The notes under the pieces were generated by a model, which saw only the letters and a program-made list of their open reading frames with translations, searched no databases and had not been told where the DNA came from. 64,000 bases of DNA from an uncultured Acidobacteriota bacterium (GTDB lineage: Bacteria > Acidobacteriota > Terriglobia > UBA7540): assembly GCA_963804995.1 (NCBI GenBank), contig CAWDSK010000001.1, positions 352,001 to 416,000 on the forward strand. Reading direction: 5' to 3'. Positions 63,363-64,000 of this stretch are shown piece after piece. The stretch's first letter is position 1; every line of letters begins with the position of its first letter. The position numbers and the translations under genes are program-made.

Positions 63363-64000
63363 TCATTCATACCGCAGTGCCTCGACGGGATTGAGATGAG
63401 AAGCGCGCAGGGCGGGCACAAGTCCACTGATGACGCCTACCACGATGAGGATCAGGGTCGAGGCCACGACGGTCGTCAATGAAATGTTAAGGTGGATGTC
63501 CCCCTTGCCAGACGTGTCCTCAAAAATGGGGCCATAGAAAGGCATCGTGCCGATGGCGGCGGAAAGACCGTAGGCCAGCAGAATGCCAAACACGCCACCC
63601 AGTAGCGCCAGCACCATCGCCTCCGCCATGAACTGAGCCTGAATGTGGCGGCGCCGCGCACCCAGCGCGCGTCGCAGGCCGATCTCGCGGATGCGCTCAT
63701 CTACCGCCACCAGCATGATGTTCATCAGGCCCACGCCGCCGATGCCCAGCGTCAGCGCGCCCACAAAGGTGAAGAGCGCCTGAAAGCCGATGGTGATGCC
63801 ATCGATGATGGGCCGGAACTGCTCGCGGCCGAACATCATGATGGCGCGCTCGTCGGTGGGTGAAAAGCGCTGGCGTTTGGCGATGGCGGCGCGCACCTGC
63901 TGCATGGATGCCTTTTCGAAGCGTGGAGCTTTGGGTTCGAAGACCAGAACGGAAGCGTAGCGGGTATTCCAGATGTCGCCGGCAGTGGAGTAAGGAATCC
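63363..64000 (-). CDS. MacB/FtsX-like ABC transporter permease, 5'-partial
   Basis: GGVGLMNIMLV.V.ERIREIGLRRALGA, PALRASHLNPVEALRYE; begins beyond the window edge. Confidence 0.9.
   Translation of the reverse strand, partial: IPYSTAGDIWNTRYASVLVFEPKAPRFEKASMQQVRAAIAKRQRFSPTDERAIMMFGREQFRPIIDGITIGFQALFTFVGALTLGIGGVGLMNIMLVAVDERIREIGLRRALGARRRHIQAQFMAEAMVLALLGGVFGILLAYGLSAAIGTMPFYGPIFEDTSGKGDIHLNISLTTVVASTLILIVVGVISGLVPALRASHLNPVEALRYE

Noticed and set aside
1..64000. tRNA or rRNA genes
   Set aside because: No cloverleaf or rRNA-like sequence was recognised by eye; tRNAscan-SE and barrnap were not run.

Overview
GC-rich bacterial chromosomal segment; the gene and repeat content suggests Acidobacteriota/Terriglobia, but this is inference. 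Most of the window is ordinary: sugar kinase and epimerase, ComM/YifB ATPase, several Sec/Tat-exported hydrolases (CocE/NonD, Asp-box sialidase-like, GH35, PL11-like, metallophosphoesterases), an M16 peptidase pair, holA, an amtB-glnK-glnD operon, a PAS/GAF hybrid-kinase and GGDEF signalling cluster, mscL, an OmpA-domain protein, CYTH, nfi, msrA, an acyl-CoA ligase and a partial ABC permease. Intergenic DNA is dense in REP/REPIN-like palindromes, MITE-like elements and short tandem repeats. Four ORFs show small frameshifts and one has an in-frame TGA. The main finding is at 55341-60568: three direct ~146-151 bp repeats plus a degenerate fourth. Each full unit is an inverted-repeat pair enclosing what looks like the last ~35 codons of a RAYT-like Y1 transposase. 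The repeats separate cargo modules (pemIK toxin-antitoxin, an AbrB-like regulator, two PD-(D/E)XK-type nucleases, a truncated resolvase, a membrane protein), which suggests an integron-like, possibly HUH-transposase-driven cassette array. Other leads: a dispersed palindrome + TTGACA + AT-rich motif-array element present twice, a ~200 nt rod-like RNA candidate, and a 99 bp MITE inserted in the loop of a REP hairpin whose empty site is also in the window. No rRNA, tRNA or CRISPR array was recognised.
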